A stretch of 64,000 nt of DNA from Vicinamibacteria bacterium (GTDB lineage Bacteria > Acidobacteriota > Vicinamibacteria > Marinacidobacterales > Marinacidobacteraceae): the NCBI GenBank assembly GCA_964291235.2, contig OZ219816.1:1504001-1568000 (forward strand). The letters are read 5' to 3'. Each line of letters opens with the position of its first letter. Position 1 is the stretch's first letter. Both the position numbers and the translations under genes were made by a program. Below are positions 47,160 through 56,834 of the stretch, one piece after another. The notes under the pieces are model-generated. The model made no database searches and was not told where the DNA came from. It was given only the letters and a program-made list of their open reading frames with translations.

Positions 47160-47956
47160 GAAGACCTCCGGGCCATCTGCCCGCCGACCGCCTTACCGAG
47201 CCACCGCACGACGAACCGCGGCAGCAGCCGGGGTACCAGCGGAACCAGGCGGGGCAGGAAACCGGGATTGATCACCACCTTCCCCCGCAGCGCGCCCCGG
47301 TAGCCCGCCGCGGCGACCTTCCCCGGATCGGCGAGCGCCAGGCGGCGAAGCCCCGAGAAGCTCTCGATTCCCGCCGTTCCCAGGAAGGGGGTGTCCACCG
47401 GGCCAGGACAAAGAACGCTGACGGATACCCCCGTCCCGTCAAGCTCACCCGCCAACCCCTCGGTAAGGTGCAGCACGAAAGCCTTGGTGGAGGCGTAAGT
47501 GGTGAAACCGAGGCCCGGAACGTAGCCGGCGCCGGAGCCCACGTTCAGTATCCGTCCGCTGCCGCGTTCCAGCATCGCGGGCAGATAGAGATGACACAGG
47601 TCGGCGAGCGCCGCCAGATTCAGCCCGATCATCGCCCGTTGCACTCGGAGCGGAACTTCGGCAAAGCGCCGGCTCATTCCGAATCCCGCGTTGTTGATGA
47701 GGAAGTCCACCTCCAGACCGCGCTCGCGGGTCACGCCGTGGAGAGCTTCCGCCGCGCCGGGTTCGGCGAGATCCATCGGCAGCGTCACGACACGCACGCC
47801 GTAGGCGGCGCGGACTTCTCCGGCAGCCTGTTCGAGGCGCGCGGCGCTGCGGGCCACCAGGATCAGGTCGCGGCCGTCCGCGGCGCACAGCGATGCCAGT
47901 TCACGACCGATCCCGATCGAACCTCCGGTCACCAGCGCCCACACGGAAGTACTCAT
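47156..47956 (-). CDS. Short-chain dehydrogenase/reductase (DltE-like)
   Basis: TGGSIGIG, NNAG, YASTK, PGPVDT. Confidence 0.93.
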   Translation of the reverse strand: MSTSVWALVTGGSIGIGRELASLCAADGRDLILVARSAARLEQAAGEVRAAYGVRVVTLPMDLAEPGAAEALHGVTRERGLEVDFLINNAGFGMSRRFAEVPLRVQRAMIGLNLAALADLCHLYLPAMLERGSGRILNVGSGAGYVPGLGFTTYASTKAFVLHLTEGLAGELDGTGVSVSVLCPGPVDTPFLGTAGIESFSGLRRLALADPGKVAAAGYRGALRGKVVINPGFLPRLVPLVPRLLPRFVVRWLGKAVGGQMARRSS

Positions 47957-48010
47957 GGCGTAGGCTATTCAGAATACCCCCCCGGGTCTCGGTCCGGGCG
48001 TCGTTTATCC

Positions 48011-50224
48011 ATGGCCCGTAACCACCGTCCCAGCGCGATCATCCCGCGCGAACTCTCGCAGGTCGCCTTCAACGGCCGGGTGCTCCAGGAAGCCCGGGAC
48101 GAAACCGTCCCCCTCGTCGAACGGCTTCGTTTCCTCGGCATCTTCTCGAGCAACCAGGACGAGTACTACCGGGTCCGGGTGGCCGCGCTCCAGCGCATCC
48201 AGAAAATCAGCCCGAGCCGCCGGGGATTCCTCGACTGGGATCCCTCGGTCCTGCTCGCCGACATCCAGCGCCAGATCCTCCGCGACCAGGCCATCTTCCT
48301 GAGGACCTACGACGCACTGCTGTGCGAACTGGAGCAACGCGGCATCCGCATCGTCACGGGGCTCGATCTAAGCCCCGCCCAGGGCGAGTACATCCATGAC
48401 TACTTCGTGCGCAAGGTCCGCCCGCACCTGACCCCGATCATGCTGGAACGGAGCGGGCAAACGCTCAATCTGGACGAGCGCGACATCTACCTCGGCGTTC
48501 GGGTGCTGCGCTCCGGCCAGCGACGGCCGATGTACGCGATCGTGGACATCCCGACCCGGTCCGTCGGGCGTTTTGTCCGGTTGCCTTCAACGGCCGGCCG
48601 GATCGACGTGATCCTTTTGGAGGACGTGATCCGCTATCGGCTGCCGGAGATTTTCTCGATCTTCCAGGTGGAGGCGGCGGAGGGCTACGTCGTCAAGATC
48701 ACCCGGGACTCCGGCCTCGATCTCGAAGGCAGCCCGAAGGACAGCTACCTGCGCCGGGTGGAAAAAAGCGTCCGGCGGCGGCTCACCGCCTCGCTCGTTC
48801 GTTTCGTGTTCGACCAGGACATGCCGAGCGATCTTCTGGATGCGCTCTGCCGTAGCCTCCAGATCGAGGATCGGAGCGTGCTGGTTCCGGGAGGGCGCCA
48901 CCACAACTTCAAGGATTTCATCCGCTTCCCCCGGCTGAAGAGCGGGCTGCGCTACAAACCCTGGCCCACCCTCGGCCTTCCCGCCATCGATCGGGAACGA
49001 TCGATCATGCGCGCGATGCGGCGCCGCGACATTCTGATCCAGACGCCCTACCAGCGCTTCTCCTATCTGATCGACCTTCTCCGGGAGGCGGCGATCGACC
49101 CCAAGGTCAACCGCATCTCGGTGACCATGTACCGGGTCGCCAACAACTCCGGAGTGGTAAACGCCCTCATCAACGCCGCGCGAAACGGGAAGAAGGTCAC
49201 CGCGGTCGTGGAACTCACCGCGCGTTTCGACGAAACCACGAACATCGAGTTCACGGACGTGCTCACCCGCGAGGGCGTCCGGGTCGTCTTCGGCCCCGAG
49301 GACCTCAAGATCCACGCCAAGATGGGATTGATCGAGCGGCGGGAGCGCGGCAACCGCACCCTCTACGGCTTCCTCGGTACCGGCAACCTGAACGAGGACA
49401 CGGGGAACCTCTACGCCGACCACTTCCTCCTGACGACGCACGAAGGGATCTGCCGGGACGTGGCCCGCCTTTTCCGGGTCATTCGCCGGCCGTACGAGGC
49501 TCTGGAAATGGATCACCTGGTCGTTGCTCCGTGGACCCTGCGGACGACGGTGGACCATCTCATCCACCAGGAAATCGCCCGCGCCGGCCGAGGGGAACCG
49601 GCATCCATCGAAGCGAAGCTGAATCACCTGACCCACCCCGAGGTCGTCGCCCTGCTGGAGGAAGCCGCGGAGGCCGGGGTCAGGATCCGGCTCATCGTGC
49701 GGGGAACGTTCTCCATCCCTACCGACAACCTGCCGGCGAACGCGGATTTCAAGGCCATCTCCATCCTGGACCGCTATCTCGAGCACTCCCGCATCCTCGT
49801 CTTCGGGAATGGCGGCGATCCGCTCTACTACTGCACCTCCGCCGACTGGATGCCGCGCAACTTCGACCGCCGTGTCGAGGTTGCCTTCCCCGTTTACGAC
49901 GAGCACATCAAGCAACAGTTGCGCCACTACCTCGACCTGCAGTGGGCCGACAACTGCAAGGCCAGGAAGCACGACTCGGCCGGCCGCAACAAACGGGTTC
50001 CCCGAGGGACGCCGCGGCGAGCCGCCCAGGAATCCACCTACCGGTGGCTTGCGGAGCAGGCGGAACTTGAACGCGCGGAATTCGAAAAGAAGAAAAAAGA
50101 GGCAAAGACAAGAACGCGCTCCACGGCCGGGAAACAACCCGCCGTCGAGAGCGCCCCCGTTCAGTCCGAGGCGTTGCTGACCAGCAGCGCGACCAGCGCC
50201 TCGCCGGCGTCCAGCCGGGCGTAG
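48011..50224 (+). CDS. ppk1: Polyphosphate kinase 1
   Basis: RELS...FN.RVL, ERLRFLGIFSSN.DE, VELTARFDE, KIHAK, GTGN, RYLEHSR, SADWM.RN. Confidence 0.96.
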   Translation: MARNHRPSAIIPRELSQVAFNGRVLQEARDETVPLVERLRFLGIFSSNQDEYYRVRVAALQRIQKISPSRRGFLDWDPSVLLADIQRQILRDQAIFLRTYDALLCELEQRGIRIVTGLDLSPAQGEYIHDYFVRKVRPHLTPIMLERSGQTLNLDERDIYLGVRVLRSGQRRPMYAIVDIPTRSVGRFVRLPSTAGRIDVILLEDVIRYRLPEIFSIFQVEAAEGYVVKITRDSGLDLEGSPKDSYLRRVEKSVRRRLTASLVRFVFDQDMPSDLLDALCRSLQIEDRSVLVPGGRHHNFKDFIRFPRLKSGLRYKPWPTLGLPAIDRERSIMRAMRRRDILIQTPYQRFSYLIDLLREAAIDPKVNRISVTMYRVANNSGVVNALINAARNGKKVTAVVELTARFDETTNIEFTDVLTREGVRVVFGPEDLKIHAKMGLIERRERGNRTLYGFLGTGNLNEDTGNLYADHFLLTTHEGICRDVARLFRVIRRPYEALEMDHLVVAPWTLRTTVDHLIHQEIARAGRGEPASIEAKLNHLTHPEVVALLEEAAEAGVRIRLIVRGTFSIPTDNLPANADFKAISILDRYLEHSRILVFGNGGDPLYYCTSADWMPRNFDRRVEVAFPVYDEHIKQQLRHYLDLQWADNCKARKHDSAGRNKRVPRGTPRRAAQESTYRWLAEQAELERAEFEKKKKEAKTRTRSTAGKQPAVESAPVQSEALLTSSATSASPASSRA

Positions 50225-51198
50225 GCCTCCCCCGCTTTCGCGAGCGGAAGCCGGTGGGTCACGAGTGTCTCGAGGGGGACGCTTCCCAGAAGTTCCCAGG
50301 CAAGATCGCGCCGGCGTCCGATGTTCCAGGACGGCCCCAGCGGCGGCAGATGACTGACCTGACTCGAAACGATGCGAATCCGCCCCCGATGGAACCACCC
50401 ACCCAGATCGAGAGGCGTGGCGCCGCCGGCCAACCAGGAGCCCGCAATCACCCGTCCCTCCCGGGCCGCAGCCTGGATGGCCAGGTCGAGGCCGGACCGG
50501 CTGCCGGACACCTCAAAGACGAGTTCCGCCCCCCCGCGAAAGGCGCTTTGCAACGCGGCGCTCGCGTCTTCCGGACAAACCGCTTCCCGCGCTCCAAATC
50601 TCAGGGACAGCCGGCGCCGCTCCGATCTCGGTTCGACGGCAATCAGCCCCGCGAGCGGATACCGGCTGAGCAGCGCGGTCAGCGCCAGCCCCAGCGCGCC
50701 CTGGCCCACCACCGCCACCCGCTCCCCGATCCGGGGCGCACCATCGAGCAGCAGATTGACCGCGGTCTCCAGGTACGGGAAGAGAGCCGCACGCTCATCG
50801 GACACGCCATCCGGAATCCGGAGCAGGTCCGTCGCAGGAGCGCAAAACACGCTCTGATGGGGCACGAACCCGAAAACCCGGGCGCCGGGAGCCGGCGCAG
50901 CGGGCGGGCAAGCACTTCCCACGGCCTCCACTCGTCCCGCCGAGGCGTAGCCGTAAGGAAACGGAAATTCAAAAGATCCGCCCCGGTGCGCTCCCAGGGT
51001 TTCATCCCGCCGAAGCGCCGGGTCGAGATCGCCGCGATAGGCCGCAAGCTCCGAGCCCGTGCTGATGGCGGAAACCGAAGTCCGCACCCGGACTTCCCCG
51101 GGCGCCGGTTCCGGGGCCGGGTCCCGGCGGACAGCGGCTCGTCGCGGCCCCTCAAACCAGACGGAAAGGCGCTCGGCGTTGGCAGCCGACCCGGACAC
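50161..51198 (-). CDS. Zinc-binding (MDR) alcohol dehydrogenase-like protein
   Basis: SAISTGSE, GYA..G.V, VVGQG.LG, FE.SG, FHRGR..I.SSQV. Confidence 0.85.
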   Translation of the reverse strand: MSGSAANAERLSVWFEGPRRAAVRRDPAPEPAPGEVRVRTSVSAISTGSELAAYRGDLDPALRRDETLGAHRGGSFEFPFPYGYASAGRVEAVGSACPPAAPAPGARVFGFVPHQSVFCAPATDLLRIPDGVSDERAALFPYLETAVNLLLDGAPRIGERVAVVGQGALGLALTALLSRYPLAGLIAVEPRSERRRLSLRFGAREAVCPEDASAALQSAFRGGAELVFEVSGSRSGLDLAIQAAAREGRVIAGSWLAGGATPLDLGGWFHRGRIRIVSSQVSHLPPLGPSWNIGRRRDLAWELLGSVPLETLVTHRLPLAKAGEAYARLDAGEALVALLVSNASD

Positions 51199-51203
51199 CG
51201 GAA

Positions 51204-51974
51204 TCAGTTTCCGCGCCCCGCCGGCCGAACCCGCCGGGAAACCCCGAACCGCGGGCGCCCCGCGAACACGAGATCGTCATCGAGACGAGCCCAGGCGAGA
51301 CCCGCCAGATCCACCGGCGCCGGAACCCGGGCAAGCGCCGGCTCGCCGCCCACCAGGCGCGGAGCGACGGTAATCACGACCCAATCCGCGAGGCGGTCGG
51401 CAAACATCGAGGTGAGCACCTGACCGCCGCCTTCCACCAGCAGACGCCGCACCCCGCGCCGATGCAGCGCGCGCATCACGGATCGAAGCGGAACCCGCCC
51501 CTCCGAAGGTCGAAACCGGAGCACCGTGACGCCCTGCTCGCGAAGCTGCCTGGCCCGACCGGTCGCCGCCGCGAAAGTAGTAGCGACGACCGGCGGCGGG
51601 GCCGACGCCCGGCGCTCCCGGAGCAGTCTGGCGGTGAGCGGGAGGCGAAGCCGTCCGTCGAGGATGACCGGGACGGGGCTTTCCCCGGCGGCAAGCCGTA
51701 CGTTGAGTTGCGGATCGTCCGCCAACACCGTGCCGATTCCCACCAGGATCGCGTCGTGGGCGGCCCGCAACCGATGCGTGAGTTCAAGCGAACGGGAGCC
51801 GCTCAGCCGAAGCGGCTCGCCTGGCCGCGCGGCGATCGAGCCGTCAAGACTCTGCGCGTAGCTGACCGTCACCCCAGGCCGCCGCCGTGTTGGCGCCGCC
51901 GGCGAGGTCGCCTGGGCAACCAGTTCTTCAAACCCCACCGCGGGTGCTCCCGTCGGCGCGGCAGGTCGGATCAC
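51204..51974 (-). CDS. RibD C-terminal domain (pyrimidine reductase) family protein
   Basis: YAQSLDG.IA, H.LRA.HDAILVG.GTVLADDPQL, LLVEGG; no deaminase domain. Confidence 0.88.
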   Translation of the reverse strand: MIRPAAPTGAPAVGFEELVAQATSPAAPTRRRPGVTVSYAQSLDGSIAARPGEPLRLSGSRSLELTHRLRAAHDAILVGIGTVLADDPQLNVRLAAGESPVPVILDGRLRLPLTARLLRERRASAPPPVVATTFAAATGRARQLREQGVTVLRFRPSEGRVPLRSVMRALHRRGVRRLLVEGGGQVLTSMFADRLADWVVITVAPRLVGGEPALARVPAPVDLAGLAWARLDDDLVFAGRPRFGVSRRVRPAGRGN

Positions 51975-54277
51975 GGGGACGGAGCGGCTTGGCCTTCCGC
52001 GGGTTCCGCGGTGCGGAATCCCACATCGTCCAGCAGGATGCTTCCAGCGACCGCCGGGTCGAACCGGAACCGGATGCCGGTCACCGGCGGGGGTCCCACC
52101 GGCAGTTCCTGAGGAGCGGGCGCGGCTCCCGGCACGGCGGGCGTTGGCGGCAGCAGGTGGTCGCCCCGAATGGCGACCGTTTGCGGGATCTCCTCGACGA
52201 TGTGGCGATACCGCTCGCGATTCATACGGCGGGACTTCAGGAACTGCACTTCGAAGGGAGGCTCCGGCGACAGGGCGTCCACGATTTCGACCGCCGGCCC
52301 CTCCGCATCCTCGGGAAACAGCAGTTGCACCGTCATCGCGATCGGCGGCTGGGCAGGCGCAGGATCCGCGTCGTCCTCGGGCGAATCCGGATGCCAGACG
52401 ACAGACAGCACGAGGTCGTCCTCGCTGGTGAGCGCGACCGGTTCCGCGAAGCGGATCACGTAGGACGGGTCTTCCAAATCCTCTGCCCTTGAAATCTTGA
52501 GGCGCACGGCCGAAGTAGCCTGTTTGGATCCGTCCCGGAACAGGACTTCCTCCTCGTTCCAGCCGGCGAAACCCCGCGCTGCGATCGTTGCACCCCCGGC
52601 GGTGGCGGTGGCGAGATGGAGGTCCTCCTCGAATCCCGCGACGATTTGGGTTCGGGAATCCGAGTACTGACTCTGGTAGCGGGTCTCGGGAAGAAACGCC
52701 GCGCCCCGGCGATAGTCGCGCAACAGCGGAACGAACTGTGCTTCCCCGAGAAGCGTGGCGCGCAGGAATGCGGCCACGTACACCTGGGCGACGCGCTGTT
52801 GGTCAGCCGGGGAAAGGAGTGGCGCCCGATTGAGCCAGAACATCCCCCAAAGGCCCGAATCCATGCCCCAGGTGGTGTTGAACTGACCGTGGTTCCCGCG
52901 GTGGGCTACCAACCCGGCCTTCATCCGGAACCCGAGAGCCCCCGGGGAGCGCTCGGACGCTCCATCCAGGTTGGTGCGATGGAACTGGCGAAGCCCGTGG
53001 AAGCTGGGCTCGTCGGTGTCATAGGAGCCCTGGAGCGCGAGGAAGTGAACGTCCTCGAGCATGATGCGCCGCGAGTAACGCCGGTCGATCTGGGCGATGG
53101 CCACCACGGCCTCGATCCCGAATCCATAGTCGAACCGGTAGTTCGCGTTGTCGGGAAAGGAGGGCAAATCGTTGAACGCGGCCGCGATGGCCGCGGCCTC
53201 CCCGCCTCGGGAATGTCCGAGCAGCGCCACCCGGTCGAGATCCAGACGGTTGTAGAGCGGAGAGCGCGGATCCCGATTCCACGTGCGGAACAACCTGAGG
53301 TGTTCCAGTAGCAGGATCCCGCGGGCGGGCATCTCGCGCCCCCCGAAATCACCCGACCAGGTGCCATTCAGGAAGTTCGCATCGACCGAAACCATCGCAA
53401 TCCCGTGGCTCGCGAGGAGATCCGCCAGGTAGTCGTAGCCGGCGTCGGAAAAATCCTCCATCCGGTGGTTGCCGTGGACGATGAGCGCCACCGGTCGGCG
53501 ATCCCCCGGCTCCGTGTCGGGCAAGTGCAGGCGACCGTTCCGGGGAGCATCCTCCAGCCCGAATTCCCACCACCATTCGCGGTGGGTCGCGCGAAAACCG
53601 CGCCATTCCGGCAGTGCCAGACTCAGGTCCACGGAAGGCGACCGGATGTCCACGGCTTCCCCGTACTCGGGCCGGTGCGGGTCACGACCGCTGCCGTAGG
53701 TCAGGAATCGAACCCGGTAGGGACCGCGAGCGGCCGGGTCTTCCGCGAGGGCCGGCGGCGGATCCGGCTGGGGCTGTGGCTGCCGGACATAGGGGTCCTG
53801 ACCCGGCGCGAAGAACCACGATCCCCCCGCAACGACGACGGCCGCTCCCGTCAGTGTGAGGACCAGACCACCCCGCCGGTACGCCGGCCCGTGCGGACGA
53901 AACACCATGGCGAGGCCGGATCCGACGAGGAACGGTCCGCCGAGGACGACTACCAGGAGTCCCGGGAGGAGCGCTCCGGGCCAACCGAAGATCGTGTTGC
54001 GGAGCAACCAGAGGCTTGCTCCCACGGCCGCCAACAACAGGAAGGCGTCGGTGGACAACCACCGGACGAGGCCTTCGGCGACGCGACTCAGGGCGACGAA
54101 GATCACCAGCGACACGACTCCGGCCACCAGTCCGGCAAGTACCGCCAGCACCCAGTTCGGAATGGCCCCGAAGGAAACCGCCGCCATCGCATGGAGGACG
54201 ATCACCGCGCAGGCGCTCGCGGCCGCGCCGGCGACGAGATAGCGCCGGACTACCGGATCGGAGTCAGCCCTTCGCAT
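51971..54277 (-). CDS. Membrane-anchored alpha/beta hydrolase (chlorophyllase-like)
   Basis: 5 N-terminal TM helices; HGNH, GHSRGG nucleophile elbow, NHGQFNT.WG. Confidence 0.85.
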   Translation of the reverse strand: MRRADSDPVVRRYLVAGAAASACAVIVLHAMAAVSFGAIPNWVLAVLAGLVAGVVSLVIFVALSRVAEGLVRWLSTDAFLLLAAVGASLWLLRNTIFGWPGALLPGLLVVVLGGPFLVGSGLAMVFRPHGPAYRRGGLVLTLTGAAVVVAGGSWFFAPGQDPYVRQPQPQPDPPPALAEDPAARGPYRVRFLTYGSGRDPHRPEYGEAVDIRSPSVDLSLALPEWRGFRATHREWWWEFGLEDAPRNGRLHLPDTEPGDRRPVALIVHGNHRMEDFSDAGYDYLADLLASHGIAMVSVDANFLNGTWSGDFGGREMPARGILLLEHLRLFRTWNRDPRSPLYNRLDLDRVALLGHSRGGEAAAIAAAFNDLPSFPDNANYRFDYGFGIEAVVAIAQIDRRYSRRIMLEDVHFLALQGSYDTDEPSFHGLRQFHRTNLDGASERSPGALGFRMKAGLVAHRGNHGQFNTTWGMDSGLWGMFWLNRAPLLSPADQQRVAQVYVAAFLRATLLGEAQFVPLLRDYRRGAAFLPETRYQSQYSDSRTQIVAGFEEDLHLATATAGGATIAARGFAGWNEEEVLFRDGSKQATSAVRLKISRAEDLEDPSYVIRFAEPVALTSEDDLVLSVVWHPDSPEDDADPAPAQPPIAMTVQLLFPEDAEGPAVEIVDALSPEPPFEVQFLKSRRMNRERYRHIVEEIPQTVAIRGDHLLPPTPAVPGAAPAPQELPVGPPPVTGIRFRFDPAVAGSILLDDVGFRTAEPAEGQAAPSP

Positions 54278-54307
54278 GTTGACGGCTCCCTCGGACGCCC
54301 TCAGTCG

Positions 54308-54691
54308 CTAGTCGCTGCCCCCGCGGAGGTAGTCGTCGGTTCCATCCAGCCAGTCCTGTCGGGGCGGAGTGAAGATGTCCACGTCGAGGGTGTCTTCGAG
54401 CGCGATCGCCTTGTGCGGCACCCACGACGGCAGCACCAGAACCTCTCCGGCTCTCACGTCAATTGGTTCCGAATCCTCGTCCTCGATCCAGAACCGGAGC
54501 GCCCCGCTGATCACATAGGTGATCTGCTCGTTGTCGTGGGAGTGCATCGGAACCACCGCGCCCTTGTCCAGATAGACGTGGGTGAGCATGGCGCGTTCCG
54601 CGGTGATCATCCGGCGGCCGATCCGGGCGCTCAGGCGCTCCTTCTCCATGGCATCCCAGCGAATGTGACGGACTTGTTCTCTTGCTGTCAC
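54308..54691 (-). CDS. Cupin domain protein
   Basis: HSHDNEQ, VPH, DIFTPPR.DW; RBS before GTG. Confidence 0.92.
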   Translation of the reverse strand: MTAREQVRHIRWDAMEKERLSARIGRRMITAERAMLTHVYLDKGAVVPMHSHDNEQITYVISGALRFWIEDEDSEPIDVRAGEVLVLPSWVPHKAIALEDTLDVDIFTPPRQDWLDGTDDYLRGGSD

Positions 54692-54831
54692 GCGACGTTC
54701 CTTTCCCGCCACCTCAGAGGCGGGCTCCGATGATACCGGCCCGGAGCCCCGAAGGCTGCGGGGAACCCGGGCGCGATCCGTTCGCGCCACGCCATTTCTC
54801 CCGGGTGGGGGGCGCAGCGTCAACCCGTGGG

Positions 54832-54882
54832 GTGGCCCAGTTCCCTGTCGCCAAGTGGCCCAGTTTCAGATGTCGCTTGACA
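54832..54882 (-). mobile_element. IS21-family terminal inverted repeat remnant
   Basis: Minus strand TGTCAAGCGACATCTGAAACTGGGCCACTTGGCGACAGGGAACTGGGCCAC: TG end with two internal repeats; no istA/istB nearby. Confidence 0.65.
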
Positions 54883-55196
54883 GCAGGAGCGCCGGCCTCT
54901 GGCCGGCATCGCGGCCGCAGGATTGGGTCCGGGCCGTAAGGGGGGACCGGGTTTGGGAGTTTCGCCATCGTCAGGAGCGCCGGCCTCTGGCCGGCATCGC
55001 GGCCGCAGGGCGCGAAACTCCCAGACCCGATCGCTCTTGATGGCGCCGCGGCCCAGCAGGGTGGCGCTGCGCGCCTGCCGCGCTCGTACGGCGACGCGCT
55101 GTCCCCGCTTGGGTTGGTGCCGTCGAGGCTGACCAAAGTCTGGGAGTTTCGCCTCGCTGTGCTCGGCGATGCCGGCCAGAGGCCGGCGCTCCTACT
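54883..55196. repeat. REP/REPIN-like cluster
   Basis: AGGAGCGCCGGCCTCTGGCCGGCATCGC near 54885 and 54973, inverted copy ending CCTAC near 55195; homologous to 6493-6721. Confidence 0.85.
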
Positions 55197-55261
55197 CCTT
55201 GATGGCCCCGACCTGAACGGGACGGCGCATCACTGGGGGGGCTTTCCCCACGGGCTGCTAA

Positions 55262-55479
55262 CAGCCTGCCGTGAAAACCAGAGCCTACCCATTCGCGGCG
55301 CGCAGCGCCGCGGGGGTGGGGTGTGGGGAGGGGATTCCCCTCCCCACGAAAGACGAGGCTGCGAATCGCAACGCGATCGCAGCATCAACCCGTGGGGAAA
55401 GCGCCCCGCACCCACACAAACTACGGACCCGGGGTGCGCGATCCCCAGGGCCCGTGCGGGGAGCTTTCCCTACGGGCTG
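55262..55479. mobile_element. Complete IS5-like MITE (218 bp) with CTAA target duplication
   Basis: CTAA|CAGCCTGCCGTGAAAA ... CTTTCCCTACGGGCTG|CTAA; internal GGGGAGGGGATTCCCCTCCCC hairpin; second copy at 19241. Confidence 0.75.
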
Positions 55480-55839
55480 CTAAACCCAGTAGCCGGCCTG
55501 GAGCCCCAGGACGATCCCCGTGGCTCCAACCACCGCCGGGAATGCCACGAGTCCGAGAACGGCCCGCCAGCCGAGACCGAGCGCGCCCGGAAGGAACACC
55601 ACGGCGGCCTGTACGGCGAACGTCCCGTACAGCGCGCCGTAGGCCACATCGGGCTGGGCACAGAAGGGACAATCGGGCGGCCCCGGCGTCTGGATGTTGC
55701 AAAACGCCGCGCCACCGTTCCAGAGCGAAACGCAGCCGCAGTCGTAGATGAGATGGCAGACGTTCAGAAAAAAGGTGGCCGCCACCGCGACCAGCGGGGC
55801 CAGTACGAGAATCCGTACCGCCAACTTGCGGAAACTCAT
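55480..55839 (-). CDS. Small Cys-rich membrane protein
   Basis: 3 hydrophobic segments; C-H-x3-D-C-G-C ... C-N ... C-P-F-C loop. Confidence 0.7.
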   Translation of the reverse strand: MSFRKLAVRILVLAPLVAVAATFFLNVCHLIYDCGCVSLWNGGAAFCNIQTPGPPDCPFCAQPDVAYGALYGTFAVQAAVVFLPGALGLGWRAVLGLVAFPAVVGATGIVLGLQAGYWV

Positions 55840-55956
55840 TGGCTCTCTCACTCCCGCGCCCCTTGCGAGGGGCCGCGCTCCCGAGGAGTCTAAGGGCGGC
55901 CCGGACACGGGCTCGACTTTCCTGTCCCTCGCCCTTCGCCACCCATAGAATTCGGG

Positions 55957-56817
55957 ATGAACATGGACCGGAGAAGGCGACAGGTTGGCGTCTGGTTGCT
56001 GCTCCCGGCCCTGCTGGTAGTGGCGGTGGTCGCCGCGGCGCCCATCGGATTGCTGTTTCGGGTAGCGCTCTACCCGCCCGGCCCGGTCGCGCCCCTGAGC
56101 GGCGGCCCGGAGCTGGAATCCTTCGCCGGGCTGCTGAGCGCCCCCTATCCGTCGGTGGCGCTGCGCACGCTTCGGCTGTCGCTGCTGACGACCGCCCTCG
56201 TCACGGTGCTCGGTTTTCCGGTGGCCCTGTTCCTGTCACGCTCAAGGGGCCTGTCCCGCCGGATTCAAACGCTGCTGATTGTCTCCCCGCTCTTGATGTC
56301 AGTGGTGGTCCGGGCGTACGGATGGATGTTGATCCTCGGGCGGCAGGGTTTCGTTGGAGAGACGCTCGCGGCGCTCTCGCTGCCACGCGCCGGTCTCCTC
56401 CATACCGAGGCCGCCGTCTTGCTCGCGCTGACCGAGTCGTTTCTTCCATTCATGATCCTGGCGCTCGCCGCCAGCCTCGACCGGATCGACCCCGATCTAC
56501 TGGCGGCGGCCCGCGGCCTGGGGGCTTCGTCGGCGCGCACCTTCCTTGCCGTGGTGGTGCCTCTCGCCCTGCCCGGGTTTCTGGCCGGCGCGAGCTTCGT
56601 CATGGTCGGCAGCCTCTCCGCCTACGCGATACCCGCTCTGCTCGGTGGATCGGCCTCCCGCACCCTGGTGATGGAGATCTACGAGCTGGTCACCATCAGC
56701 TTCGATTGGCCGACGGCAGCGGCCGCCTCGCTTGCCCTCCTCCTGTTCGCGTCGGCACTCCTCGGTGGAGCGGCGCTGCTCAGCCGCCGCCGGTCGGCGC
56801 GGGCGTTCGGGATCTGA
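55957..56817 (+). CDS. ABC transporter permease (PotB-like)
   Basis: VVRAYGW.LILG, LPFMIL, AARGLGAS EAA loop. Confidence 0.9.
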   Translation: MNMDRRRRQVGVWLLLPALLVVAVVAAAPIGLLFRVALYPPGPVAPLSGGPELESFAGLLSAPYPSVALRTLRLSLLTTALVTVLGFPVALFLSRSRGLSRRIQTLLIVSPLLMSVVVRAYGWMLILGRQGFVGETLAALSLPRAGLLHTEAAVLLALTESFLPFMILALAASLDRIDPDLLAAARGLGASSARTFLAVVVPLALPGFLAGASFVMVGSLSAYAIPALLGGSASRTLVMEIYELVTISFDWPTAAAASLALLLFASALLGGAALLSRRRSARAFGI

Positions 56818-56834
56818 CCGGTTCACCAGACGTG

